Source: Minisyncoccota bacterium (GTDB lineage: Bacteria > Patescibacteriota > Minisyncoccia > UBA9983). Taken from it: a stretch of DNA of 64,000 bases. Positions 28,179 to 37,869 of the stretch are shown one piece after another (positions within the stretch are counted from its first letter, which is position 1; each line of letters begins with the position of its first letter). The stretch lies in contig JBAZPC010000003.1 in NCBI GenBank assembly GCA_041648395.1, positions 12,801-76,800 of the forward strand, given 5' to 3'. The translations under genes and the position numbers were made by a program. The notes under the pieces were generated by a model that did not search any database, was not told where the DNA came from, and saw only the letters and a program-made list of their open reading frames with translations.

Positions 28179-29225
28179 ATGAACAAATTAGCTTTATACC
28201 GAAAATACAGACCGAAGGGGTTTGACGAGGTGCTTGGACAGGACCACATCGTGAGCATCTTGAAGAACGCCGTCAAGGCGGGGCGCGTGAGCCACGCCTA
28301 CCTTTTTTCCGGTCCGCGTGGCACGGGCAAAACCAGCGTGGCGAGAATTCTGGCGAAAGAGATCGGCTGTTCCGACATTGACCTTCTAGAAATAGACGCC
28401 GCCTCCTCCCGCGGCATTGACGAAATCCGCGCTCTGCGCGACGCCACCCACTTCGTTCCCCTCCAAGGCAAGGTGAAGGTCTACATAATTGACGAAGTGC
28501 ACATGCTCACCAAGGAGGCGTTCAACGCGCTTTTGAAAACATTAGAAGAACCGCCAGAGCATGTCATTTTTATTCTTGCCACCACGGAACTGGAAAAAGT
28601 GCCGGAAACCATTATTTCCCGTTGCCAAAATTTTTCCTTCCGAAAAATTCCGGAAAATATTTTGCGGGATTCCGTTGTTTCCATTGCCAGAAAAGAGGGT
28701 TTTGATATGGATGAGGAGGCGGCGGGGCTGGTGGCGCTTTTCGCGGACGGTTCGTTCCGCGACAGCCAAGGCATGCTTGACCAAGTTTTTTCTTTGGGTG
28801 ACAAGAACCGCGACCATAAAATCACCGGCAAAGAGATAAGGGAATTTTTGGCGGTGCCGGCAGTGGAAATGGTGGAAAATTTTATCCTCTCAATAATTGA
28901 AAAGAATACAGAGAAGGGTTTGGAGATAATTCAAAAAACGGCAGAGCAAAATAATGACGCAAAAGTTTTTTTGAAGCTGATTTTGCGCGGCGTGCGCTCC
29001 TTGCTCATTTTGCGCCTCGCGCCGGGCATGCAGGAGAAGCTAAAAAAAGCGTTGGGCGAAAGGGAATTCAAATTTTTGGAAGAGCACAAAGACAAACCCC
29101 AGTCGGGCGAGATGGAAAGGGCGCTGAAAATCCTTTTGGACGCCCATGACGCGCGGTCGCGCTCCTATCTGCCTCAGCTTCCATTGGAGTTGGCGCTTAT
29201 GAGAATAACCAGCCAAGAAAATTGA
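28179..29225 (+). CDS. dnaX: DNA polymerase III subunit gamma/tau (short form)
   Basis: YRPKGFDEVLGQDH, GPRGTGKTS, IIDEVHML, SRCQ. Confidence 0.8.
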   Translation: MNKLALYRKYRPKGFDEVLGQDHIVSILKNAVKAGRVSHAYLFSGPRGTGKTSVARILAKEIGCSDIDLLEIDAASSRGIDEIRALRDATHFVPLQGKVKVYIIDEVHMLTKEAFNALLKTLEEPPEHVIFILATTELEKVPETIISRCQNFSFRKIPENILRDSVVSIARKEGFDMDEEAAGLVALFADGSFRDSQGMLDQVFSLGDKNRDHKITGKEIREFLAVPAVEMVENFILSIIEKNTEKGLEIIQKTAEQNNDAKVFLKLILRGVRSLLILRLAPGMQEKLKKALGEREFKFLEEHKDKPQSGEMERALKILLDAHDARSRSYLPQLPLELALMRITSQEN

Positions 29226-29233
29226 AATAAATT

Positions 29234-30130
29234 ATGAATATTGATTTTTTAATATCTGATTCCACTCTCAAATTTTTCGGAGCTATCCTTTTTGTTTTGC
29301 TTTTGGTGATGATTATTCTTATTGTCGCTTTGCAAAATTCAAGGAAACAAAACAGGGAACTCAAAATAAATAATTCGCGGTTGACCGAGGAAGAGAAAAA
29401 ATTCAAAGAGTTGGAAAAAACAAAGGCGGATTTCATTACCACCGTGGCGCATCAATTGAGAACGCCGTTGACCAAAATAAAATGGGCGTTTCAGGCGGTG
29501 GTAAGCGGGGAAGGGGGGAAAATAAGCGCGGAGCAGAAAAAAATCCTTCAGGTCGGAATGGAGGCGAATAATATGATGATAAAGCTGGTGAACGATTTGA
29601 TGGACATAGACAGGACAGACGACACCTACATGGGATACAATTTTGAAATCATTCCCTTGGGAATAATTATTGCCAAAGTCGTCCATGATTTTTCTTTTGA
29701 GGCGAAAGAGAAAAAAATTAATCTGGAATTTCTCATTTCCGACGAAGACACGCCGGACGTGAAAATTGACCAGGTAAAAATGGAGCTGGCGTTGAGCAAT
29801 CTTGTGGACAACGCGCTGGATTACACGCCGGAAGGCGGGGCGGTTAAAATCATTTTGGAAAAAATGGGGAATTATGCTAAGGTTTCCGTGAAAGACAGCG
29901 GGATAGGAATACCAAAAGAAGAGGCGGCGAATTTATTCACGCGCTTTTATCGGGCGAAAAACGCGGTGCGGATAAAAACGGAAGGCACGGGTTTGGGGCT
30001 TTACATTTCTAAAAACATAATAGAAGCGCACGGGGGAAAAATTTGGGTGGAGAGCCCTGCCTCGCCGAGTCAAGGCGGGGAAGAAAACAAAGGCGCGACA
30101 TTTTTCTTCACCGTGCCGTTCGCGATGTAG
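29234..30130 (+). CDS. sensor histidine kinase (HisKA + HATPase_c)
   Basis: TM helix. H-box FITTVAHQLRTPLT. N box LVDNALDYT. G boxes DSGIGIP, GTGLGLYISK. Confidence 0.8.
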   Translation: MNIDFLISDSTLKFFGAILFVLLLVMIILIVALQNSRKQNRELKINNSRLTEEEKKFKELEKTKADFITTVAHQLRTPLTKIKWAFQAVVSGEGGKISAEQKKILQVGMEANNMMIKLVNDLMDIDRTDDTYMGYNFEIIPLGIIIAKVVHDFSFEAKEKKINLEFLISDEDTPDVKIDQVKMELALSNLVDNALDYTPEGGAVKIILEKMGNYAKVSVKDSGIGIPKEEAANLFTRFYRAKNAVRIKTEGTGLGLYISKNIIEAHGGKIWVESPASPSQGGEENKGATFFFTVPFAM

Positions 30131-30181
30131 ATTTATATAAACTGGGGGACAACAAAGGACTTTGTAAAAAGTTTGTAGGTA

Positions 30182-31057
30182 TTAACTAATCGTTGAATTT
30201 TTAACTGGCCACAATTTTAAGTCTAATGAGGATACTTCTTTTTCTATTAGATTTAAATATTTTTTGAGGCCTCTTTTAGTAATAAAATCTATTATATAAA
30301 ACTCACCTAATCTCTCGGCACTTTCTTTGGCTATTTTACTATCAGGGTCAATTTTTTTTATCTCACTTACTTTATAACCACCAGTAAGACGAGAAAGCGA
30401 TGAAAAATCAAGTTTTTCATAATATGCTGGTGTTTCCAGTGCTGTTTGAAATTGTACAAGCTTTTTTTCTTTGACGATTATTTTCTTATCATAATTAGCA
30501 ACAAAAATTTTACCATTAAACAATGTGACGGGTAAGTAAATAGTAGGAACATCTTTTTTGTTGCGGGCAAACCATACTACTGCTTTTGGCAACTTGAACA
30601 CAGCCTCTGTTATTTGCAACGGTTCTATTTTTGATTTTTTACCCTTTTCTCTTCTATAAACAAGATAATTTTGTGCTAGAGAAAATTTAAAATTATATAC
30701 ATGCAAATCACTATACTCTTTGTTTTTTAAAATTTCTGTAGGAATTTCTGGCGAGTGTTTAAACTCATTATACTTACGTCGAGGGCTCTTTTGAGTGCAA
30801 ATAAAAACCCAGTCATCACCTAAATTTTGTTTACATTCAATGATAAGGTAAAGAGTGATACCATTTACCACTTTCGTGGCAATTAAATCAATTTCTCTCT
30901 TTTTTTCTTCGTCTGCGTCAAAAAAATATTGACTCGGAAAAACTTTGTATCCTTGTTTTTCTAAAAAATCTGCAGTCTCTAATTCCAAAACAAATCCGCT
31001 CTCATAGAGAAAATCAACTATTGCACTACTTTCACTTTTTTTCTTTTGTTTGAGCAT
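30182..31057 (-). CDS. hypothetical protein, possible PD-(D/E)xK nuclease fold
   Basis: EIDLIATK...LIIECKQ arrangement (D...ExK). Low-GC region next to tRNA-Gln and a GIY-YIG gene. Weak. Confidence 0.35.
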   Translation of the reverse strand: MLKQKKKSESSAIVDFLYESGFVLELETADFLEKQGYKVFPSQYFFDADEEKKREIDLIATKVVNGITLYLIIECKQNLGDDWVFICTQKSPRRKYNEFKHSPEIPTEILKNKEYSDLHVYNFKFSLAQNYLVYRREKGKKSKIEPLQITEAVFKLPKAVVWFARNKKDVPTIYLPVTLFNGKIFVANYDKKIIVKEKKLVQFQTALETPAYYEKLDFSSLSRLTGGYKVSEIKKIDPDSKIAKESAERLGEFYIIDFITKRGLKKYLNLIEKEVSSLDLKLWPVKNSTIS

Positions 31058-31086
31058 TTATTTGAATTCGTTAAAAACCTTACCAA

Positions 31087-31157
31087 CTGGGGGACATGGA
31101 TTCGAACCATGATTAACGGCTTCAAAGGCCGCTGTCCTACCATTAGACGATCCCCCA
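31087..31157 (-). tRNA. tRNA-Gln (anticodon UUG)
   Basis: U1-A72, G73. Acceptor TGGGGGA/TCCCCCA. Anticodon arm GCGGC-CTTTGAA-GCCGT. T arm CATGG-TTCGAAT-CCATG. Confidence 0.8.
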
Positions 31158-31162
31158 AAATT

Positions 31163-31411
31163 CTATATTTTTTCTAAAATACTTAATTTTTCTTTTGACC
31201 CTTTATAACTTTTTAAATATTTTTCTCTTTCCCTCGCATCCAGCCTATTCTGAAATATTTCTTTGTAAACTATTATAAATGGTGTTCTGCTTTTCGTCGA
31301 CCTTACAAAACCCTTATTATGATAATTTAATCTTATTATTAAGTCCTTGGTAATACCTACATAATAACCATTATCCTTTAAACTTTTTAAAATATAAACG
31401 TAGTAATTCAT
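31163..31411 (-). CDS. standalone GIY-YIG nuclease domain protein (YhbQ/COG2827-like)
   Basis: YYVYIL...GYYVGIT...R..H...E motif spacing. Starts 0 nt after the tRNA-Gln fragment. Confidence 0.7.
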   Translation of the reverse strand: MNYYVYILKSLKDNGYYVGITKDLIIRLNYHNKGFVRSTKSRTPFIIVYKEIFQNRLDAREREKYLKSYKGSKEKLSILEKI

Positions 31412-31454
31412 AGCTGTCCTACCATTAGCCTGCCCGGCCAGGGACGATCCCCCA
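31412..31454 (-). pseudogene. tRNA-Gln 5' fragment (nt 1 to ~29) interrupted by a 15-nt GC-rich insert CCTGCCCGGCCAGGG
   Basis: TGGGGGATCGT[insert]CTAATGGTAGGACAGC is identical to tRNA-Gln positions 1-11 and 12-27. Insert at 31429-31443. Confidence 0.55.
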
Positions 31455-31525
31455 ATATTTTCGCCTTTTTTATTTTTAACATAAATTCGCCAATTTTGCT
31501 ATAATCTGTGCTATAATAAATTTAT

Positions 31526-31921
31526 ATGACAAGTTATGTAATAAACATAGAAAAAGAGACAATAGATAATGCGAATTTTCGCAAAGTTCTTTTTACGGCA
31601 AAAAACAGCCAGCTGGTTGTTATGAGCTTGAAGCCGAAAGAAGAAATCGGCGAGGAGACGCACGGCTTGGACCAATTTTTGAGAATTGAAGAAGGGGAGG
31701 GGAAGGCGGTTTTGGACGGCGTGGAGCATGCCATCAGCGCCGGTTTCGCCGTCGTTGTTCCCGCAGGCGTGAAGCACAATATTATAAATACTTCCAGTGA
31801 AAAAGAAATGAAAATTTACACAGTTTATTCTCCGCCGAATCATCGCGACGGCGTCATGCACGCGACAAAAGAAGAGGCCGAAAAAGACGACGAACATTTT
31901 GACGGAAAAACAACAGAGTAA
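31526..31921 (+). CDS. cupin-domain protein
   Basis: Cupin motifs G(X)5HxH-like (EETHGLDQFLRIEEGEG) and PAGVKHNI. Confidence 0.6.
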   Translation: MTSYVINIEKETIDNANFRKVLFTAKNSQLVVMSLKPKEEIGEETHGLDQFLRIEEGEGKAVLDGVEHAISAGFAVVVPAGVKHNIINTSSEKEMKIYTVYSPPNHRDGVMHATKEEAEKDDEHFDGKTTE

Positions 31922-33162
31922 TGACAAAAGATAAAGAAATAAAAACAGAAGCAAATTTTTACGGACTGGGAATCGCCCCCAGTCTTTTGGATATTTTAGG
32001 AAAATCGGGATTTAAGTCGCCGACGCCGATTCAGACGCAGGCGATTCCCGTGGCGATTCAAGGCAAAGATATTGTCGGCATTGCCCAAACCGGCACAGGC
32101 AAGACATTGGCTTTCGGCATTCCCATGCTCCAGCGTTTGAATCAAATCAAGGGGCAGGGTTTGGTGGTTTTGCCGACGCGCGAGTTGGCTTTGCAGGTGG
32201 AAGAGGCGCTTATTGGAATCGGCCGCGACATAAAATTAAGGACGGCGGTGCTAATCGGCGGCGCTCCATCGGGACCGCAGAAGCGGGCCATTGCAAACAA
32301 ACCGCAAATTATTATTGCCACCCCCGGGCGGCTGATAGACCATCTCCAGCAAAAAAATATTCATCTGAATGACGTCCGAATAATTGTGCTGGATGAAGCC
32401 GACAGAATGCTGGACATGGGGTTCGCTCCGCAAATAAATCAAATTCTTCGCGTACTGCCCAAAGAGCGCCAGACCATGCTTTTTTCCGCCACTATGCCGC
32501 CGGAGATTATGAAGATGGCGGCTGGGCACATGAAGCTGCCTATTCGGGTGGAAATCGCGCCGACGGGCACAACCGTTGAAAAAGTGACCCAAGAACTTTT
32601 TATCGTATCCGGCGCGCAAAAATTCTCTCTTTTAAAAAAATTACTGGAAAGTTATTTGGGCTCGGTTCTTATTTTTTCCAGAACCAAGCATGGCGCCAAA
32701 AAAATCATGCAGCAGTTAAAGGCCGCCGGTGTCAGCGCGGCGGAAATTCATTCCAATCGCTCTTTAAACCAAAGGCGGGAAGCGTTGGCGGGATTCAAGT
32801 CGGGCAGATATCGGACGCTGGTTGCCACTGATATCGCTTCGCGAGGAATAGACGTAAGCGGTATTGAGTTGGTGGTGAATTACGATTTGCCTTCAACCTC
32901 CGATGATTACGTGCATCGCATCGGCCGCACCGCTCGCGCCGGCGCCAGCGGACACGCCATCACTTTTGCCAAACCGGATGAGTTCAGAGAAATTCGCGCC
33001 ATTGAGCGCCTTATCAGGAAAAGTTTGCCTGTATCAAAATTACCGGAACTGCCCGTCGTGCGGACAATTCCAACACCACCTTCAAATCCTCACAGGGCTA
33101 GGCCATCGTATAGCCGCCCTAAAAGAAATTTCCGCCATAGCAGATTTCGCTCAAGAAAATAA
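31921..33162 (+). CDS. DEAD-box ATP-dependent RNA helicase
   Basis: Q motif, AQTGTGKT, PTRELA, DEAD (VLDEADRM), SAT, HRIGRTARAG. Arg-rich tail. Confidence 0.85.
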   Translation: MTKDKEIKTEANFYGLGIAPSLLDILGKSGFKSPTPIQTQAIPVAIQGKDIVGIAQTGTGKTLAFGIPMLQRLNQIKGQGLVVLPTRELALQVEEALIGIGRDIKLRTAVLIGGAPSGPQKRAIANKPQIIIATPGRLIDHLQQKNIHLNDVRIIVLDEADRMLDMGFAPQINQILRVLPKERQTMLFSATMPPEIMKMAAGHMKLPIRVEIAPTGTTVEKVTQELFIVSGAQKFSLLKKLLESYLGSVLIFSRTKHGAKKIMQQLKAAGVSAAEIHSNRSLNQRREALAGFKSGRYRTLVATDIASRGIDVSGIELVVNYDLPSTSDDYVHRIGRTARAGASGHAITFAKPDEFREIRAIERLIRKSLPVSKLPELPVVRTIPTPPSNPHRARPSYSRPKRNFRHSRFRSRK

Positions 33163-33167
33163 ATTTT

Positions 33168-34991
33168 ATGGAAATTAGAAACATTGCAATTATTGCCCAT
33201 GTTGACCACGGGAAGACCACTTTGACCGACGCTTTGTTGCGCCAGACGGGCGTCGGTGAGGAAGGCGTTTCTATGGATTCAAACGCGCTTGAACTTGAGC
33301 GCGGCATTACTATTTATTCAAAAAACGCCGCGATATTTTATCCCTCGACAAGCTCGGGACGAGTCGCAACGAAAATAAATATCGTTGACACGCCCGGCCA
33401 TGCCGATTTCGGTTCCGAAGTGGAGCGTGTTTTGCGTTCTATTGATTCTGTTTTACTGGTTGTGGACGCGCAGGAAGGACCGATGCCGCAAACCCGTTTC
33501 GTTTTGAAAAAATCATTGGAACTCGGTTTGAAGCCGATTGTGGTAATAAATAAAATTGACAAGCCAGCCGCCGATCCGGCGCGATGCGAGGAGCAAGTGC
33601 TGGAATTATTTCTTGAGCTCGGCGCGACGGACGAGCAGGCGAATTTTCCTGTCGTCTATACAAACGGCCGCGCCGGAATCGCCAAGAAAAAACTGGCGGA
33701 TAAGTCGGACAATCTTGAGCCGCTTTTGGAAACAATTCTTGAACATATTCCTTCTTCTGCTAAGGCAACGGACGGCAAAGTCCTCATGCTGCAGCCGTTT
33801 AATCTCGGTTATGATAATTTTTTGGGGCGGCTCGCCGTGGGCCGTGTCCATGAAGGCGTTGTCATGCCGAATCAAAATATTTTTATTAAAAAGCCGAATG
33901 CCGCGCCCGCAACGCCTGAGCGTAGCGATGGCGGGCGGGGCGAAACGCGCGCAGGAAAACTTTCAAAAATTTTTACTTTCAAAGGGCTTCAGAGAATTGA
34001 GGCAACAAGCGCCAACGCCGGCGACATTGTTTTGGTCGCGGGACTTTCAAATATCGATATCGGCGAGACAATCACGACTGACGAAAACGCGCAGCCGCTT
34101 CCTGCCATCGCCATTGATGAGCCGACCATCGCGCTAACTTTTTTGGCGAACAATTCTCCTTTCGGCGGGCGAGAGGGAAAATTTGTGACATCACGGCAAC
34201 TGCGCGAACGTCTTGAACGCGAGCTTGAGGTTAATGTCGGACTAAAAATTGATTTCAGTGTTGCCGATAATTTTCGGGTTTTGGGCCGAGGCGAATTGCA
34301 TGTCGCGATATTGCTTGAAAATATGCGCCGCGAAGGATTTGAACTTCAGGTTTCCCAGCCGCAGGTAATCATTCGGGAAGAAAACGGCGTTAAGATGGAA
34401 CCGTTTGAAGAAGTAATAGTTGATACGCCAAGCGAATATCAAGGAGTAATAATTGAACGGCTCGGAACGCGCGGTTTTGTTTTGCAAAATATGCGCGCTC
34501 ACGACGCCAACACGCGCCTTATTTTTAGCGGGCCAACCCGGGGGCTTCTTGGTTATCGCAATCAGTTTGTCATTGATACGAGAGGCGAGGGCATTCTTGC
34601 TTCGCGTTTTACGAATTTTTCTCCATACGCGGGAGAAATAAAAAAGCGTCCGACTGGTTCCATGGTTTCCATGATTAAGGGCAAAGCGCTTGGCTACGCT
34701 TTGTGGAATTTGCAGGAGCGGGGCATGCTTTACATCGGCCCGGGCGCGGAAGTGTACGAGGGCCAGGTGATTGGCAACACGGCGAAAGGAGAGGAAATGT
34801 TTGTAAATCCAACAAAAGGAAAACAACTCACCAACATGCGGGCATCCGGTTCGGATGACGCCATAAATCTCGTGCCACCCTTTCTTCTCACTGTTGAGCG
34901 GGGGCTGGAAGTTATGGCGGAAGACGATTATTTGGAAATCACGCCAAAGAGTGTGAGATTGCGGAAACAGCATTTTACGGCAAAGAAATGA
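33168..34991 (+). CDS. typA: translational GTPase TypA/BipA
   Basis: [29 protein letters not shown]. Carries an in-frame GC-rich element ([10 protein letters not shown]). Confidence 0.9.
   Translation: MEIRNIAIIAHVDHGKTTLTDALLRQTGVGEEGVSMDSNALELERGITIYSKNAAIFYPSTSSGRVATKINIVDTPGHADFGSEVERVLRSIDSVLLVVDAQEGPMPQTRFVLKKSLELGLKPIVVINKIDKPAADPARCEEQVLELFLELGATDEQANFPVVYTNGRAGIAKKKLADKSDNLEPLLETILEHIPSSAKATDGKVLMLQPFNLGYDNFLGRLAVGRVHEGVVMPNQNIFIKKPNAAPATPERSDGGRGETRAGKLSKIFTFKGLQRIEATSANAGDIVLVAGLSNIDIGETITTDENAQPLPAIAIDEPTIALTFLANNSPFGGREGKFVTSRQLRERLERELEVNVGLKIDFSVADNFRVLGRGELHVAILLENMRREGFELQVSQPQVIIREENGVKMEPFEEVIVDTPSEYQGVIIERLGTRGFVLQNMRAHDANTRLIFSGPTRGLLGYRNQFVIDTRGEGILASRFTNFSPYAGEIKKRPTGSMVSMIKGKALGYALWNLQERGMLYIGPGAEVYEGQVIGNTAKGEEMFVNPTKGKQLTNMRASGSDDAINLVPPFLLTVERGLEVMAEDDYLEITPKSVRLRKQHFTAKK
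33903..33940. repeat. GC-rich imperfect-palindromic in-frame element (typA copy, encodes [10 protein letters not shown])
   Basis: The core CCCGCCATCGCTACGCTCAGGCGTTGCGGGCG recurs at 41671-41705 (fmt) and, with 3 substitutions and a 1-nt deletion, at 59365-59408 (mnmA). Confidence 0.8.
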
Positions 34992-36250
34992 ACTCGGAAG
35001 AAAAAATTTTTGATGTCGTTGTCGTGGGCGGCGGGCCGGCCGGAATGATGGCGGCCGGCCGGGCGGGTGAATCGGGAGCCAGCGTCGCGCTCTTGGAAAA
35101 AAATAACGCCTTGGGCAGAAAACTTTTACTGACGGGAAAAGGCAGATGCAATATCACGCGGGCGGAATTTGACCCCAAAGATATTATTAAAGAACTGGGC
35201 AAGGAAGGAGATTTTCTCCGCCACGCTTTGTCTGTTTTTGGGACAAGAGAGACGGTTGATTTTTTTGAGAAAAACGGACTGAAAACAAAAGTTGAAAGAG
35301 GTAAAAGAATTTTTCCCCAAAGCGGCGAGGCCGGCGACGTTTTAAAAATTCTAGCCGCATATTTAAAACAAAATAAAGTGAAAATGATGCTTGGCGCGGA
35401 GGTTAAGGAAATCGCGGTTGATAAAAACAAAAAAAAGATTTCAAAAATAATTTTACAAAATGGCGAAGAAATTTACGCGAAAAATTTTATCATTACGACC
35501 GGCGGGAAGTCCTATCCCGGCACCGGTTCCACTGGCGACGGCTATAGATGGATGGGAAAAATTGGCCACACTATTGTTGAAACGAGGCCGGCTTTGGTTC
35601 CCGTGGCAATCAAGGAAAGTTGGCCGAAAGTGGCGCAAGGGTTGTCTCTAAAAAATGTCGGATTATCCGTTTTTCAAAACGGCAAAAAGAAAGCCAGCCG
35701 TTTTGGGGAACTTCTTTTTACTCATTTCGGGTTAAGCGGCCCCATTGTTTTGGATTTGAGCGGGGAGATCGGCGCGCTTTTGAAAAAGGGCGCCGTTAAA
35801 TTATTTCTTGATTTGAAACCCGCGTTGGATTTTCAAACAATGGATAAAAGATTGCAGAATGATTTTTCCAAATACAGCAATAAATTTTTTAAAAATTGCC
35901 TGGATGATTTGCTCCCCAAAAAAATGATTCCGGTTATTGTTGAATTATCAGGAATTCCTGCGTTGAAGAAAGTTAACGAAATAACAAAACAGGAAAGGCA
36001 GAAATTGGTTAAGTTGTTGAAGGGACTGGAAATGACCGCTGGTTCTCTTTTGGGCATGGAGACGGCGATAATCACATTGGGCGGAGTTTCTTTGAAAGAA
36101 ATAGACGCCAAGACGATGAAATCAAAACTGATTGAAAATTTATTTTTTGCCGGAGAAATAATAAATTTACACGGCCCGACCGGCGGTTATAATTTGCAAA
36201 TTTGCTGGAGCACCGGCCGTCTCGCCGGCCAAACCGCGGGAAAAGTTTAA
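34988..36250 (+). CDS. HI0933/BaiN-family FAD-dependent flavoprotein
   Basis: FDVVVVGGGPAGMMAA dinucleotide fold, then LLLTGKGRCNIT. Confidence 0.75.
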   Translation: MNSEEKIFDVVVVGGGPAGMMAAGRAGESGASVALLEKNNALGRKLLLTGKGRCNITRAEFDPKDIIKELGKEGDFLRHALSVFGTRETVDFFEKNGLKTKVERGKRIFPQSGEAGDVLKILAAYLKQNKVKMMLGAEVKEIAVDKNKKKISKIILQNGEEIYAKNFIITTGGKSYPGTGSTGDGYRWMGKIGHTIVETRPALVPVAIKESWPKVAQGLSLKNVGLSVFQNGKKKASRFGELLFTHFGLSGPIVLDLSGEIGALLKKGAVKLFLDLKPALDFQTMDKRLQNDFSKYSNKFFKNCLDDLLPKKMIPVIVELSGIPALKKVNEITKQERQKLVKLLKGLEMTAGSLLGMETAIITLGGVSLKEIDAKTMKSKLIENLFFAGEIINLHGPTGGYNLQICWSTGRLAGQTAGKV

Positions 36251-36364
36251 ACAAACAACAACTGTTGTCGTTTGGCCTTGGAAATTACACCAAAAAGCAT
36301 CCGCTTGCGCAAACAGGAGAAGAGGTAATTTAATTATTCTTGGATTTGTGATAAAATAGAAAAT

Positions 36365-37063
36365 ATGATAATGAACTTTTTTAGAAAGGATTTAAACCTT
36401 AAAAATAGATGGTGGCACCGACTTTTGTTTGTTGCTTTTATTCTAGCTTTTGTCGTAGTTGTTGGTTTTAGTATTTCAAATATGTCGAACGATGCGCAAT
36501 TGCCGAAATATACAAAAGTCGGCATGTTGTCTGACCGCATGGATACAGAAATTCGCCTCATAGGTAATTTAGTTAAACCTGACGAAAAAATTGCCGTTCA
36601 TGAACATAATTTATACGGTTCATATCTTGGTGAAAGCTTTTATGACGGGAATGGCGGCTGGTTATTGGAACAAGAATATTATTGCTCAAAAAATATTTCT
36701 GACAAAGTTGAAGAGATTTCACGCCAAACTGGTATATATGACTATAGTGGTCCAAAAGATTACACCATCGGCGGCTCATTAGAAGATTTTAAAAAATATT
36801 TACTAAAAGTTAATGCGAATTGTGTGGACGTTAGAAAACTAGACCCTAGCGATCAAATTGGAAATGTAAAAACAGTACTTGGATGGGGACTAGAAGCAGA
36901 TGGAATGGCAGTATGGCAAGAATCGTTAATCAAATCTATTTTTGCAGTTTTGCAAACGCTATTCTTTATAGCTATCGGCTCCCTTGTTCTCTTGGTGCTT
37001 TATTATAAAGTTTTTCTTTACATCGTTTTTGGTCGCTGGAGAAACGATAAAGATAAAAATTGA
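36365..37063 (+). CDS. hypothetical membrane protein (N- and C-terminal TM)
   Basis: Extended -10 TGTGATAAAAT upstream. No motif. Confidence 0.4.
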   Translation: MIMNFFRKDLNLKNRWWHRLLFVAFILAFVVVVGFSISNMSNDAQLPKYTKVGMLSDRMDTEIRLIGNLVKPDEKIAVHEHNLYGSYLGESFYDGNGGWLLEQEYYCSKNISDKVEEISRQTGIYDYSGPKDYTIGGSLEDFKKYLLKVNANCVDVRKLDPSDQIGNVKTVLGWGLEADGMAVWQESLIKSIFAVLQTLFFIAIGSLVLLVLYYKVFLYIVFGRWRNDKDKN

Positions 37064-37145
37064 TTATAAATAACATGCCAAAAAATACAAAAAATTAACA
37101 ATTCTTTTGATAATTTTGTTGGTTTTTTGGTAGTATCTACGCTGG

Positions 37146-37604
37146 TTGAGGTTTGTTGTAAAAATCAAGAAAATTTTGGCAAGGAATATGAACGAAGAAA
37201 AACTACGACAAATTAATTTGGAGAGGATAAAGGTTTATTACGAACTTCTTATCACGGCGGTATGGGAACGATATAAGCTGTTGCCACAAATTAGCGCCCT
37301 CGCCGCAACTTTATTAATCATTGCCACTTTTAACGAGAAAGTTATTTTATTAACAAATCGTGTCCGTTTCTTGATAATCATTTTTATTTTATTAATACCA
37401 ATTAGTATTATTGGCTATCTTGTTGCTTTACATCAAGCAGAAAATCACGCAAAAAAGAAAATAAAAGAAATTACTGGTAAAGAATTACCAACAAAAAAAC
37501 AAAGCAATTTTTTTATAGCTTATCTTCCTTGGTGTATAGCAGGGATTATTTCTATACTCGTTATTTTCGTAGCTTTTTTGGTATGGCAAGGTTTTACTCG
37601 TTAA
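37146..37604 (+). CDS. hypothetical membrane protein (start may be at 37188, MNEEKL)
   Basis: Three predicted TM segments. AAGGA RBS before the 37188 start. Confidence 0.4.
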   Translation: MRFVVKIKKILARNMNEEKLRQINLERIKVYYELLITAVWERYKLLPQISALAATLLIIATFNEKVILLTNRVRFLIIIFILLIPISIIGYLVALHQAENHAKKKIKEITGKELPTKKQSNFFIAYLPWCIAGIISILVIFVAFLVWQGFTR

Positions 37605-37869
37605 ACAATTAAATTTATCCTTTTCGCAACCCATTTCGGCGAGCGAGTAGGTAATTAGGCAAAAGTAATGTTGCATTTTTCAGCGATAGCATAATTTTGC
37701 AACAATATTTATTAATCGACTTGCGATATCAGTTTTTAAAAACTCAAATCAAATTAGTCATTTTCTGCATATGCTGGATTTGACTAATCTTAATATGACC
37801 CACAAACTGACTTACGATGTCGGTTTTTTGTATTTATGGCGGGATTTTGTTATCATTTTATTTAATCTT

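Noticed and set aside
35025-35060. GC-rich GGGCGGCGGGCCGGCCGG stretch at the start of the flavoprotein gene
   Set aside because: It encodes the native GGGPAGMMAAG dinucleotide-binding motif, not an inserted element.
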